Shown: positions 18,026 to 55,809, counted from the stretch's first letter. The stretch is 64,000 bases of DNA from Octopus vulgaris (GCA_951406725.2 OX597833.1:8866001-8930000), one strand, 5' to 3'. The notes: generated by a model from the sequence alone, not told the origin. Numbers and translations: made by a program.

Positions 18026-18354
18026 CACAGAATTCCAATTACAAGAATTGACACCTGGAGATTATGCAGCAGTCTTCATTTACAAGCCAGAAACAACTTC
18101 CAACATTGAAAACTTCACAAGAATCTTGGAACTAAAGTTGATTAATGCCAGATTGCAGCAATTGTCATCAAGTTTATCTTTTAATACTTTTGATAACAGA
18201 GTTATTTTACTAAATTTTTTGTTATATTTCCAAATTAATTCAAAGGCAGTGTATTCAACAGAAATATTGTGACAAGAATTCAATATTGTTCCTGACTTAC
18301 CATAATCTTTTTCACACCAGTCCATCCAAGACCACCATCCCTGTTTCCTTGATT

Positions 18355-18557
18355 TTAACCCTCTAGCATTTAAACCAGCCTAGATATTCAACCTATTCTA
18401 TGTTGAATCTGGTCAGATCCAGCCCATCACACTTACCCTACAATATCATTATAAAAATTTAAAAAAAACACACCTTCAAAATAATGATTAATTTTTTTAT
18501 AATGTGGATAAAAAAGTATTACATTTGGTAAATTAATCTGAATGCTAAAGGGTCAAA
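18355..18557. mobile_element. TTAA-flanked piggyBac-like MITE
   Basis: Termini ttaaccctctagcatt ... aatgctaaagggtcaa. Related reverse copies at ~37340-37485 and ~44090-44233. Confidence 0.6.
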
Positions 18558-21500
18558 GTGATCTAAAACCTTATTTTAATAAATTCTTTGGTAAAAAGAA
18601 ACAAATGTCTTTCCCCAAAAATTCATAGAAATTCTTTTTCTACCAAACAAAAAATGACATTAATGGAACCTAAATTCTTTCCTATCAATGAGATTCAATT
18701 AAATGAAGGACTTTATAGGTTTAATGAGAAAAGCAAATTTTAGAAATGTTTAAAAGATTATTTCATGCGCTTCTTTCTAAGACGGAAAATAAATTCACTG
18801 GTGCCAAAGACGATTCTCTCCCTTGCAACAACCAATCCACAGCCGATGCTCTTCCGCACGAAGACATTCAACCAGGATTTTGAACTCTTGTATTTCTGTT
18901 CATGTCTCCAGCTTTGAGTGTTGCACAGGAGATATACAGAGAACGGAACTGAACACGAGATTGCTTGTAAGACATACAGTTAATATGTATTTTCAGTCAC
19001 TAGACTGTGGCCATGCTGCAGCACTGCATTCAAGGGTTCCCAACCTGGAGGCCTGTGAACTAAATCCAAAATTTCCCACACATACATACATAAGGATGAG
19101 CATATTGTAAGGGGTCCATTTAAATAAAAGGGGTTGGGAACCACTGAAACAGCTGAACAAATTCAATCCAAAATTTATTTATAGCTTTTGAAACTTATTC
19201 CAAAGAGTTGTCTGTTATATTATAGTGCAATTATATCTGATGGACGATGTAGAGATTATGTAACATCCATTTTATCCCTTCACTTGTCTGGTGAATTTCT
19301 GTATTTGGGTTGTGACAATGGGACACATTAACGGCTAAATAGAGGGGAGTAATATGAAATAGACCTTGCTCAAGGACACAACGCACCCCCACCCCCCAGT
19401 CCAGGAACTGATGCTTTGATCTTATAACCATTGGCCTAATCAGACCTCCATTTCTAACCTCAGCTTGCTATAAACCCAGGTAAATTTTATGAATGTTATT
19501 TCTCATTAACCACCACCACACACCTTCTCTGTTCTATATTACCAATATTCTTTAACTTATTAGGTTGGTGCAAAAATAGTTCATTTTTAAACTTTGGTGT
19601 TTTATTTGAGAATAAATACGATTTGTGATGTCACTTTTATATTCCTTCATGTTTAAAAGCCCAAATTTCACTATTGAGATATGCTAATGGCTTCATTTCC
19701 ACTGTTTATTCCTTAATAAAATGGTTTCTATAAAACAACCAACAGTTTCCAACACTTTTATAAACGAAAGCTGAATTTAAAGTTTAGAGTCCTTATCCGG
19801 TGATCAGCAAGTGAAATCATCCACAACAGATTTGTGAATCCTAGCAAAACGATCACAGCAAATTTACAATTCTCAGGAAATCAATAAAAACCACCCAAAA
19901 CGGCAATGCCAAGTATTAGTCAAGTGTCCACCAGGCCTGACCATATGTTGTAAAGGAATCTGCAGTCATTGAAAGAACTGACTCACAAAAACTGCATCTC
20001 ACACAGCTTACACCCAAACACCTCTCTCTCACCCAGCTTACACCCAAAAACCTCTCTCTCACGGACCAGCAATTATTGTAAGAATTTCCTGCAATGCAAA
20101 ACACAACAAAACTGCAGCTCAAAAACATATTTGAAGAATTTGTTGATTCCAGGACTAAAATTCTCTGCCACCAAAATAAACTTGTTTTTTGTTAACCATT
20201 AAAATCTGAATTTCTGTTCTTATTTCAAATTGCAAAAGAGACATTGTTTTAAAGTTGAGTTTTAAAACCTGAAAGAAACAATTCCACATAATATGGAGTT
20301 ACCAGAAAAAGAGGGGTTGGCCCCTGCCAACAGCAGTTGCTCTCATTGTAAACAAGCAATATAATTAATAGTTTAAAATACCCAAACAAGGACTAGTGAT
20401 TTTAATGAGGGTCAACTATTTTTACTGATTTTCTTTGGAAGAAGTTGTTCTCTTCACCATTTCAGGTTGTCCAATACCGTTCTGTTTAAACTTAGCAGGG
20501 GCTGGGTATAGTGGAGGGTGGACACGTAAGATGGGAAACCAGTTCTGAAGAGCAAAGGACACTGTAGTAGGGGTTAAAAAAAAAAAGACCCAAATACGCA
20601 CTGAGCCAAAGGACAGCCAGTCTGTGTTTGTGACTCGAAATCAGGAAATTGATGCAATTAGATGTTCTACAATAAATGGGAGATTTAGACATTAATTAAT
20701 TGCTTTGTAAAAGGGCAGCAAGCCCTTAGAAACATCAGCAGCATTGCTTCTGGCTTTTTCTGTTCTGATTCCAACTTTGCCTTTCATCCTTTCAGGGTCA
20801 ACAAAATAAGTACCAGTCACACACTGGGGTTGGTGCAATCGGTTGTCCCTTCCCCCTAAAATTTCAGGACTTGAGCCTATAGTAGAAAGGATTATTTAAT
20901 TACTAGACAGAAGATGAATATTAAACAATAATGATGCTTCATCTAATTAGTTAATTAACAATTAGCAAGACCCACTCGAAACACTGTTGTGGCACTTGTA
21001 CAATAAGACTTTCTAAAATCTGGATCCCAGAAATGGGTCCCAGATGCATAGAGCTTTAGAGGGGGGGGGGTCTTCAATAAGATACCTCAATGCAAAACTG
21101 ACCATTCTACAAATATGGGGTGTTTTTCAAATAAAGGGCTGCTGCCTTAATGCTAACCTTTAATGTAAAATGGGAGCCAAACAGATTTAGGGGCACAGAA
21201 TGATTTGGCAGGAGATAAAACAAAGAAAAATATCAAAATTTCAATGTCTGTTGACTATCTCTAAATAACTGTGATATGGCCACCCCCACCTAAACTTAGA
21301 AACTGACCAATTGTCAAACATTAAAGTCTCTACAATTAAATTTATCTAAAATACATTTTCTGATTTTGAAAAACTTTGGTGAAATTATTTGCAAAGTTGA
21401 AGTCTCAAATGGAAAAACATGGTCAGTTAATTAATTAAAACATGGCCAATTAAAAGGAAGAGAGCTTAAGTTTGTTGCATTTACCAGTGGTAGTCATGGC

Positions 21501-21621
21501 TGGCTGAAACAAATTTGGAAGATGAGAATGAAATAAAACACCTTGAAATGTTGATTTAGTGAAGACAGGGATTGATTGAGAGAGAGAGAGAGAGAGAGAA
21601 ATCATGTGTCCATTGTGTGTG

Positions 21622-21653
<32 letters not shown>

Positions 21654-23922
21654 ACAAAAGTAGAACATTGAGATGTTTGTTGTTTTGTTGAAAGCATTTG
21701 ATGGGTGGGGGTCATGTTATTGAAAAAAAGGGAAAGGTTAAAAAAAAAGACCTAACAATTATAATGCTATGAGGAAGAGAGAAAGAAGAGGAGGAAATAA
21801 TGACATTTTCGTTGAAAGTTAGCAAGAGAGCAACCAAATATTTCCTTTTGAATATTTTGTAATTTATTCTCAATGTCCCAGTGATTGGGGGTCGAAGTCA
21901 GGTTTGCACTTGTGTCAAAACATACATTGGGATGAAAAGCAGCCAGCAAATAGGAACGACAAAAAAAGCAACAATTAGCAGAAGATGTAGAGAGGAAGAG
22001 TCTGTAGGATACAACATTGGATGGCAGAGCAAATGATAGGCTTTTAAGAAGAGAGAAAAAACAGTTGCACTGGAAACAAAAACACCCCAACATCGTTACC
22101 ACAAAAAAAAACAAAAAAAAGAAAACCTAAGGTGGGTACCAGACCCCTGACAATGCTAAAGTGCAACTGTGTGTGTGTAACTTGCTGATTCTCAACACTG
22201 GTCGACTTGCGAGAATGAACATTCTAGAATTGGTGAATTTGAAGAATTTAAATTTTTTATATCTTTTTTATTGTTGAAAGTAAACAAAATTTAAAATAAA
22301 AAGTTAAAAAAAAAAAAACAGAATTTGTTTCAAATGATGGAAAAAAAAAAACAAAAAAACACTTGCCCAAAGAACTGTGAAAATATAGAAAAGGAAAGAA
22401 ATGTTGACCAAACTTGGAAGAATCTGGTTAAGAGAACAGTTTAAAGAGCATTTTGGGTTGTGAAGTGTTTTGGTCTGCTGCCATTTCCTCTAATCTGAAG
22501 ATTTCCTAGTGACATTTATTGAACAGCAGGAACACAAGTGGCAGTTAAAAATGGCAAAGAATTCACAATGACAGACAAAAATAAAAGTTCTGAAATTTGC
22601 ATCACCAGCCAACACACACAATGCTTCTTGCATGAAGGTTTCATCTACAGTGGAAGCAATATTTCTTGTTAAACTTTAGCTAGAGTCATTAAAGCACTGA
22701 ACTCTGCACCAGATTCTAACAGAACCCCTCCATTGATGAGAGAGTGAATGCTCATGCCGGGCAAGGGTCTGGTGCCCCTCCCTGATGGGGTGGGGGTGGA
22801 CAGCAACCCGTGGGAGCTAAAGGGATGCTTGTGTAATTCAAAAGGAACCAGATTTGTTGCACTGATTGGACCGAAAAAGTACATTAAGTGACTGTGGAAT
22901 ATTCAACCGCTCACAGCTGAACAACTGCAATATTCCCTGTGAAAACTGATGCAACATCCAGAAATATACTTGCACATTGCATCAACTGCACGGCAGTGTG
23001 CATATGTCTGCAATGATGCAATTTTTTGCCTGCATAATAACATTCAGAAATTTGCTTATGAAGACATGTTGACTCTTAAACTTACAAGAGAAAAATTAGC
23101 TCAAAATCTCAAGAGTCAAATGAGTAATTTTAAGAAAAGGGATGGGGGGGGCAGTGGAGAGATTCGCTTTAGATTTTCATCTGGAAATCTAAAATAATTC
23201 TTTTTTATACGGAACAAAAAGACAACAAAAAACTGTTCCAATAAAGAGGGAGATTTTCCTAATTAGTTTGTGTGTGTGTGAGGGGAAGGCAGTTAAATGA
23301 GAGAAAATTTACTGACCCCCCCCCTCCCTGCAAGAAAACATCTTTTCCACTGCTTAACATTCGAACACCACACACACGCTGTCCAGTGTCGATATATTCA
23401 TGTCAAAAACACAAAAACCACAGAAAGCAGACGAGAGGAGGCGGCAGTGACATTAAGTTTGGTGAAGTTTTCCTTTCTTTGCAATATTTTGATTCCAAGA
23501 ACCATTTTAACAGTTGTCTTGATAACTTTGGTAAAAAGCAGGACTCTCCTCCCCCACCACCTCTCTGCTCTCTCTAGTTTTTCCTTTTCTTTTTTAGTCG
23601 TCTGCCCCCACCAACACAGCATAAATATATGTTGAGTGAAGGGGAGAGAGAGAGAGAGAGTAAAAGAGTATAAAGACTGGGATGTGTGTATGAGAGAGAG
23701 AGAGAGAGAGAGAGAGATGATGCTATTTATAAAGAGTTTGAAATATTTAGGCTTGCATGTAAAGTGTTTTGAATGGTGACTATGATGAAGACAAGTGAGG
23801 CAGAAGAGGAAGTGGAGGAGGAGGAGATGGTGGTAGAACCGCTGCAGCACTAATGTCCCCTGTACCCCCACCCACCCTTTGTCTCCAGACAACATCAACA
23901 AGACAACACATACAACAACAGA

Positions 23923-46462
<22,540 letters not shown>

Positions 46463-48911
46463 TTATGTGAGACAGCCTGAAATCAAAGTAAAACAACAGT
46501 TATTTCAAATATTCATCACTAATTCCTGGTTTTCATTCAAGGAATCAATTTTAAGAGAGAAAGAAAACCTCTCTACAAACAAACATATTCCAAAACTCTA
46601 CACAGTTACAGTAGATCTAGAGATGATGTCAGAAATTGATAGGGAGCTGAAGAATAAATGCCCTAAACATGTTGGGTCCAAACCATACTGAGGTAAGAAG
46701 GTTCACTTTTTCATCCTTCCAGAGTCAACAAAATAGAAACCAGTTAACTGGGCTCAATCTAAATGTCTGTACCCACCCTCACATTCTCATTCACCATTTT
46801 GATACAATATTTCTGTTGAAATATTTGGCTTTTGATCCAATAAACTTTGAAAATAATGAAGAATTTTGTAAAATAACTTATTAAGCTAGTATTTGAAGTG
46901 TAAATTAAGACAAAATTTAGCTGGAAGGTTCTAATTTACATCACTTCAATCGTTTTTTGTGTCTTCGGTTGACCTACACATATCAACAGCTCTGAGCTGT
47001 AAACTTTCCTACGTCAACAAATTAACACCTGTCCTTCCATATTTAAATCATTTATACTATTTTGGAAATAAGTTCGTGTTCAACACTAGAATTGAAACAA
47101 GCTGATCCTCTAAATAAATAACCTTCCATAAAACTTTACAATTACGAACTCAAACAACCATGAAACCTCTGAAGTCTACAAATATCTGTTTTTAAATATC
47201 TTCTTAGATTCCTGAACTTTATATTCTTTATGGTACTGGTTTGAGAAGGTCTGTTAATTTTGGACATCTTTGCACCTGTTCTAGCTGCTAAGTCTTCCTC
47301 ATACAGTGCAAATAAAATTAACCCAGTGTAACCAATTAAGAGGAGGGACGGAGATAATTAGTCACCAGGAAACAAAAATACGGGCAGCAGAGATGCAATG
47401 GCGCGCGCGAGTGTGCACTTGATTGCTGCACGTGTGTGTGTGTGTGTGTGTGTAGGACTGTTTACATAGAGATGGAGGAGGAGGTGGCTGAATGTTTACA
47501 GAGAGAGAGAGAACATATGTGTAGAACTGTTTACATAGTGTGTGTGTGTGTGTGTGCGTTAATAAGGATGTAAGGTAAGATCTATGAATGTTTTTAGTAA
47601 ACAGTTTTAGTCTCGCTGTGAAAACAAGTTATTGTGGTTAAACCACGTACATTTCTTTGTGGGGGGAGACTGACCTGGCTACCTTCACTGGTTTATTTTA
47701 TTCTTTTCACAGCGGAGCTAAAAATGTTAGTTTTAAGCTAAAAACAGACACACGCCCATTAGTGCTACTTCTGCTAATTCACGTTAGCAACACTTGCCCT
47801 ATTATGCAAATTAAGACCGACCAATCCTTTGGTAGAGGCCAGGTTTGTGTTGAGCCGACAGAGAGAGACTGGAGTTAGTTATAGACCCAGTGGTGAACCT
47901 GGATAACCATACACGAACCAAGTCCATCTCGTCTTCCTTATCACACACAGAAGATGTTCCTGGAGCTACATTAACATCCGTTTACAAAAAGAATAAAAAG
48001 TTAAAAATCGTTTGTAGTTCTCTTCAACGCTTGTCTGCCTGATTAGAGAGAGCAGAGAATGTGTTGTATTGGTATGAGTTCACGAAGAGGGGGTGGCTGC
48101 GCCTAGGAAGTTCCTGTGATAGTTCACAGCGACTTTTAATCAAATGAGAGAGAGAGAGTGTGTGTGATGGAAGATTGCGGTGATGTGTCAGTGTGAAAGA
48201 AAGAAAGAATAATAAGGTAAGGAGAGAATGGGAAGGAAATGCAAGAGAGAAAATGAAGAGGAAAGAGAGAGTAGGAGGAGGTTGTGTGTGTGTGTGCCAT
48301 GGAGGTAGGTTATTGTCGCCACTCCTAGACGGAATTTCTCACCCTCCAACAAAATAATACATCCGTCATCTATTGTTCTAAGTCAGTAATGATTTAAGAA
48401 ACTATTAAAAAATTTGAAAAAGACGGCAAAAACTACAGCACAGAGGGAACCTCACTGTGGCTGTATGGCACTAGAAATAGCAGCTAAAATCTTCGGCAAA
48501 TCACAACTGTCTTAAACAAAAAGGAAAGGATATATTAGATAATGCAGCTCTACATAACCTCAGGAAGGTCAGAGTGATTGAAAGAAATGAATTTAATAGG
48601 TCTCCTCGAGATAAGGGCCGACCGAGGGCTAAACAATAGAGAAAGACAGAGAGAGAGAGAAAGAGCAGCAGACCCCTAATCAACCATTTCACACACGTGG
48701 AATGTGTGAGCATGTGCGCACGCGCTTTAGTGAGTGTAGGAGACAAGTACGAGTGGGTGCAATATGAGTGCGAGTGAGGCAGGCGGCAAGTGAGTGTGAC
48801 ATTGAGTGCAAGTTGGTCTTGGTTGGAAATATTTTTAGAAAAAAATCAGTAGAAATGGTCGAATGGCGAGATGTTACACACGCACCTTGCTCTGAATTAG
48901 TGCATCTCTTA

Positions 48912-48977
<66 letters not shown>

Positions 48978-51900
48978 CATATATATATGTGTGTGTGTGT
49001 ATATATATATTACACAGTAAAAAATATTAAAAAAAAGAATGCGCTCGAATACAGATTTTAAAATATTTAACAAAGGGTATAATTGTATGATACAAATGTG
49101 TTCATATTAAGCGATATTTGATGCTGTGAGTGTATATATGTATACATGTGTGTACACACATGAGTATATATTGTAGTTTGACGTGTGATTGTGTTAATGA
49201 GTGCCACCCGCTGTGTGTAGATGTTTATACATTCGTACACAGAGTGCGAGTACCAGTTCACTGAGATACAAATGCTATATAGACGTGTGTATATATCTAT
49301 TTTATATATGTATATATATATAGAGAGAGAGAGAGAGACATTTATATATATGTATATATCTACTTTGGTGTGTAGGAGTTTATAAACATATACTTGAAAG
49401 AAGGCTTTACACACAAGCACACACACACACAGCAGTGACTACAAAGTGTGTAAAGGAAGAGAAGGAGAGCAGCAGCCGCCGAGAGAGAGAGAGAGAGAGA
49501 CGGGCGGCCGACATCTCGGCGTCGGCCATGGTAAGGGAGGGGGGAGGAAACGGGAGAATGCACGCGCACACACACACACGCATACAGCTACATAGTATAG
49601 ACACACACTTCACACATTAATATATATATATATATACATACATTCTATCAGACATTAACGATACCTACACACATTACTATAACACTCATTCTTTCACCAA
49701 CACGAGACATTATACACACACACACACTAATGTGTTCCCAAGCAAATAGATTGGTATATAAACATTTATAGATCCTCCGTCGTCGTCCAACACACAGACA
49801 TTAAAATATACCCGCGCTATTCGTCTTTTATATTAACACACAACAATTAGAGAGGATACAGTTATATCCGAAAGAAAATAGAAAGCACAGACACACACAC
49901 ACTCCATCATGAATCAATGTGGTGATGAGATGAAACAGGCCATTCTATGGTTTCGCTCTCTACAACTGTTCTTTACCAAACTACGTCGCTCGAATTAAGA
50001 GTTGCAACAATATCTCACCGATTCCTTCCGCTTCATATATACATACATGTTGATATAAGTCAGAGCTCGTGTGGCTGGTTCGCTGGTTACTCGGAGTTTC
50101 TTTTCTTCAATGCTGAGTCACCTGAAGATTGGCCAAAACTCAAAGTTGCAACTCTTTTACAAACTCGACTTTAAATATTTTATTCCATTGTAACAACACC
50201 CTGTAGTTTCTTTCCGCTTTAATGTATTTTATATCAGAGGGGAAAATATCAACCATTTACTCTTTATATATAAATATACACACACACATTACATACATAG
50301 GACCCAGAACATGCCCGACAGCTTGAAATAGAGGAGAAAAATGCGACCATTCCATCCATTGATTCTGTATGTCCCCGGTTTCGAATCTTGGCACCAGGGC
50401 CAGCAATTTCAAAGAGGGGGGGGGGTCATCGACCCTAAAATGACGAAGAGTAACGTCGCTCTCAGCTGGATTTGAACCCAGAACCTAAAAAACTGAAGTT
50501 ACTCTAACAATTCGCAAGTAATGGGGATAATTTCTTTTAATTTTTATTTTATTGCAACGTTTTTTTCTTTCTTTTTAGCCCCAAGGCTACATATTAGGGG
50601 AGGGTGAAAATATAGTTGATCAAAGCAACCAGAATATAACTGAGACCTTATTTTATCAACCTCAGCAAGACGGTGGTGATGGTGGGGTCAATATTAATAA
50701 AGGGTGAAGGTCTGGACTGTCATTATTAAAATGGTGAGGAAAAAAAATATTTTAAGGCAATCAAGGTCGGAAAAGAGTGTTTATGTAAACAGACTACCAT
50801 TTCCTTGAGATTGTATGTTACGGTTCAACAATTAGATATCGATAAAATAAGTAGTGAAGACGATATGGTGTCCCAGTAGGAAAAACTTAAACCAATACCA
50901 GAATGTGTGTGGTGCACTATATACACGTGCATGTGCTGTGTGGTGCGTGTATATATATTTATATACACACACACATTTATATTGTGTTTACAGTGTCTGT
51001 GGTGTATAAGTAAACAACTCGAGTTCTATAGTTATTGATTAGGCAGAAATCATTATCGATCAACTTTCTGGCCACAGTTGTTTGCTCCAAGTCAACTTTG
51101 CCCAAACACCAAAAGTCAATTAGGTAAACGACAGGGTGTTGGGTACATTTGACTGGTTTTCAAAGAATCAAGCAACAACGATTCTTCATCGCCAGTTGCA
51201 AGAAAACATCTCCGTCCATTGTCAGAGCAAAATGTTACTTTTATTACTTTTAGTGATAATGAGGACCAGAAAAGCTGTCCGGGGAACATCAACGAACAAA
51301 CACCAACAGTTATCAAGCATCATCATTTATAAATACAGATAGGTTTATCTAAAAAGGGTCCAGTTTAGAGGTAAATTTAATTAATCTGAGAAGCAGTCAC
51401 GATCAACAAGTCATTAATGACCATCTTGAAAGGAATTCACAGTTTATCCAAGAATACATCATAAATGCCTTCTTCATTACGTGATTTGAAGGGGATTTGG
51501 CAGCTATTTCTAACAGTAACAAGGCCCCTCATTGACCCCTGGTGATTAGAGAAAATAGGAATTGAAGAGTTTTAAAACTTCATTCGTCATCTTTGTAAGG
51601 AACTGAAAGGGTTTAAAACATCAGAGATTTAGATTAAGAAAACAGGAAGGAAGGAACTTGGTTCATGGCGAAGCAACTGGTTTCTCTCTCCAGCTTCACT
51701 AATCTTCCCTACAAGACACCAATTAGCCATAAATATAGATATTAATTAATAGATTAGTTGTAATTAAAGCTGAAAACGATGTTTGAAAAGTATTTTTGTG
51801 TTTTACAGTTGGGATCTTTTCATAAAATTTGAGTCGAGAAATGGGTTTCGTGGTGTAAATAGAGAAGCAGTCACAAGTGCGTGCGTGCGCGCAGGGGTCT

Positions 51901-52481
51901 ATAAATAAATGTATACATTATATTATATATACACGGACGCGTGTGTATATATATATTATATACACGGTACCAGTGGGATACACAGCTGTTAAAAAGCGAA
52001 ATTAAGAAGGAAAAGAGGGGGGGAGAAATGGAAAATAAACAAGAAATGAGAAATGTGTTTACAAACAGTGGGGGGTGGGGGGAGGGATAGAAAGGAAGGT
52101 AAAAGGGAGGAGGAGGAGGGGGAAGGAAAAGGAGATATATAGAGAGGGGGAGGGGAGGAGAGACGGCTGAGGGAGTGGGAGGAGAGTCAGTGCTTGTGAA
52201 AAAGACAGGAGACAGTTTGGCACACAAATGTATATATAATGCTCTATAGAATATATATATACATCATACACACACATATATATACATCATACACACACAC
52301 ACACACACATATATATATGTATTGCTTGAGCTATAGACCATTTGACACACTGAGATGTAGAAGAATGAGTCAGCCTAGAGTTATTGGTTGGTTGTTTTGC
52401 CTTTTCTTTGCGAATTTGAAAATAGAAAAATAGTAACCATGAGTAGTGAAGCAAAATGTCTGTGTCTCTGTTAACACACAA

Positions 52482-52514
<33 letters not shown>

Positions 52515-52685
52515 CAGAGGGAGAGAGAGAGAGACAGAGATATATATATAGAGAGAGAGGGAGAAAGATACAGAAAGAGAGATATAGAGAGAGGGAGAAA
52601 GAGAAAGATACAGTGAATCTATATGATGTGCTGAGTGAATCTATATGATGTGCTGAGTGAATGTATCAGTGTGTCGAATTCTTAC

Positions 52686-53620
52686 GTATAATGGGTGATC
52701 TGTTAAATACATCTGAGTGCGTATAATGTGTGTATATATATATAGAGAGAGAGAGGAGAGAGAGAGAGATGGATGGATGTGTTGTGGTGTTTAGGAATAA
52801 GAAGGAAGCTCCACCTACCGACCAACCGGCCGCCAAGCCACAACTGCCAGCAATAATATTCCAGCGACCTCTACTGGCGTCCGACCGGGACAACTGTACA
52901 CGTTCTCCCTCTCTCTTTATCTAGCTTCCTCTCCCTCGCTCTTTATCTACCTTCCTCTTTCTCTTTCTCCCCTTCTTTCACTCTCCGCCTCACTGTGTCT
53001 TGATCTATTTCCTCCTTCCTCTCTCTTACTGTGCCTTCCAGTGCGTCATTCGCTTCTCTCTCTCTTTATCTACCTTCCTCTTTCTCTTTCTCCCCTTCTT
53101 TCACTCTCCGCCTCACTATGTCTTGATCTATTTCCTCCTTCCTCTCTCTCTCACTGTGCCTTCCAGTGCGTCATTCTCTTCCCTCCCTCTTAGTGTTCCA
53201 TTCTTTCTCTCTCTTTCTCTCTTCTAATAGATCACATTCTCTTTCTCTCTCTGGGCCACTTTCTTTTCCATTTCACCCTCTCTCTTTCTCTCTAACTGTT
53301 CTTCTTCTCTCTCTTTCTCCCTTATAGTAGCAGCAGGGAGCAGGCAGAGAGAGAAAAGGGTGTTAGATAAGAGATTAAGGCACGATTGGGAGAGGAAGAA
53401 AGAAAGAGGTAATTCAAAAGACTGAGAAGAAGCGTACTGGAGACGAAAGATTAGAGAAAGGTTGGAAGGGAAACGAGAGAGAAGAAGAGGAAGAAGGAGA
53501 CTCGTGGTGGAGAAGATGGGGAAGAAAGGAGAGGAAAAGATGCAGAGGGAGAGAGTGGCGGCGGCGGCGGGGCCATTGATTGGTTGCTGTGGAGACTACA
53601 ACGACACCTGGCGCTCATTG
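52686..53620 (-). promoter_or_regulatory. Candidate promoter and non-coding first exon of SMAD1/5
   Basis: CpG-rich patches, (GGC)n at 53557, minus-strand CCAAT at 53579-53583, GACTACAAC at 53594, and a minus-strand donor |gtaaga just below 52686. Confidence 0.35.
52939..53176 (+). repeat. Near-perfect 123-bp pyrimidine-rich tandem duplication
   Basis: ctctttatctaccttcctc...gtgccttccagtgcgtcattc starts at 52939 and again at 53062. Confidence 0.85.
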
Positions 53621-54874
53621 AAATGAAGGGCAGTTAACTCTTGGCAGTTCAAGTTGCGTTTCCCCCCTCCCTCCCTTTTTGTTAGATTTCGTCTAACCCC
53701 CCTCCCCACCCCACCGCCTCAAAATAATTATATTTTCTAATTAAAGCTTTTGCTGTTATTCTAAACTCGTTACTGTATTATTTAAACACAGTTATATATA
53801 TATATATATTTTCCTAATTTCATTAATTCTATATATATATTTCTTTAATTTTAATTAACATTTTAAATTTAAATCACTTCCCTCTAATTAAATAGATTTA
53901 TTCCTCCCCCCACCTGCTCAAAAAAATCCCGGTTTTCCAGGAAGACGGAATCGCACCGACCCGTTCTTCCACTCACAACCATTACCATTGCTAATACTAC
54001 AGTTATTGTCATCCGTTATAGTAAAGAGCGAAAGTCTTGTTTGTTTTTCGTCTGAATATTTAAAACAACGTCAAAAGCAAAGCAAGTTCCGATGTGTGAA
54101 CGGAATATCTCTACTCTGATGATGATGATGATGATTATACTAATAATGGTTTCTTACAGACGAACACAAGGCTACAGGCTTTTTTTCTTTTAATTTTTAC
54201 GAGAAAAAAGAGGAGGAGCAGGAGCTATTGTTCGTCATATCAGCTGCAGTATACATATATGTTATCGACCCCGGGAGGGTAAAAGGCAAAGATGACCTCG
54301 GCAGGATTTGAACTTAGCGAATAAAGGGACGTAACTGAATATTGCCCGACTCCCTTGGCTGGGTTCACTTCTTGGGGTCGAATTGAGACAACACGTTTGA
54401 CGGGGAGGGTGTCGGTCGACGTCATCTGCACAACTGCGAGACAGCCAAGTTGACTTTGGTGATGTTTAAACTCAGAACGTAAAGAACCGGAATATTATTA
54501 AACACTTTCTTTGGTCACTCCACAGATTTCGTGGAAGCAGTACAATCGCTACACCCTACTCGCCAATACTGTAGTTCAATCCAGCCATGACTATCCGTTT
54601 AAATTACCAGAATAATTTTAACGAAGATCAGAGGCAAAAGTGCGACAGGTTTTCTGAGTAGACGAGTTTAATTAATTAGATAAACCAATATTTATATTGA
54701 TTTAGGCAGGTTGATCTCCAAACGTAACGAAATACCTCGAGGTATTTTGTACATCCCTTTGTTAATTCTGTTAATTACAACTCCGTTGTATTACTTATAA
54801 ATATATTAATTAAAAATAGTTAAATTCAAAGACGAGAAACAATTTCGGCGATAAATTCTATCACTGGTAGATAT

Positions 54875-55809
54875 GCTAGGCTGGAAAGAAAGTTCAGTTG
54901 CATTTTTGAAATAATCACTTCGAAGGTACTTACGGTGAAATAAGCATTAATTTTTACATTCCTTTTTTTTTTCTTTCTTTCTTTGCAAATTACTTCATTC
55001 CATAGTGTTTAAATTCATATCGACCTTTCAAAGTGAGTTTAGATCTGATCCATATCAGACCCTGCAGTTGGTTCAATTTAAAGAACTCTTCGTCAATGAA
55101 AGTATCGAAAAAACATTCGTTCTATGAAGAAACAAAAAATGTTTAAGTGTTCTGGACATTCCAACGATGGTTTGGCCAGTTTTGTTCAGAAAATGTTTCA
55201 CTTGTAGATTCCCTTTGATTTGAATGATCAAGTTCTGTCAATACTGCCCTTGGACATCCAGATGGAGGAGAATCTGGAAAGCATGGCCGAGGAAAATCCA
55301 AGCTGCCCATGAATTAGCAGAACAGTTCAAGTCAAAAAAGTTATCTGCTGTAATTGGTGTTGTGTGAAGAGTTAAACGAAAACGAAATAGTAAATATGGA
55401 AAAGTATTGTCATCGAGAGGAGACATTAAGCAAAAATTTCCAGAATAGGGAGCCTTCGTTGGTGATTCATAAAAGAGTATTGTTCTTACATGGAAATGCA
55501 AAACGCCATTATTACCCAAGTCACTCAGGAAAAGAAAATATCCAAATATATGCAAGGCATCCTGCATCCTCTGATCTTGCTCCATCTGTCATCTTTTCAC
55601 ATCACTGCAACATTTTTTGAAGGAAAACAGTTTGTTAATTTGGAAGATGTCAAAATTATATTGTTTCTTGCCCAAAGGATCAACAACTTGCCATCTAGAT
55701 GAAATTAGTAATCATCGTTATCTTGATTAAATAAATCAATTAAGATGAAAGAAGCATTTGTTTCTTTCCTCATCTTGAAATGTAACAGGACTTTCTTTCC
55801 CACCTAACA
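54875..55809 (+). mobile_element. Decayed mariner element with both TIRs
   Basis: TIRs taggctggaaagaaagttcagttgcattt / aaatgtaacaggactttctttcccaccta. Residual RVLFLHGNAKRH and HPASSDLAPS match mariner LLHDNARPH and HPPYSPDLAPS. Confidence 0.8.

Noticed and set aside
19559-19600. ttaggttggtgcaaaa mariner-like TIR
   Set aside because: No partner TIR or readable transposase found; too fragmentary to delimit.
50120-50160. cctgaagattggccaaaac as a hammerhead or Penelope end
   Set aside because: Lacks GAAA and pairing arms.
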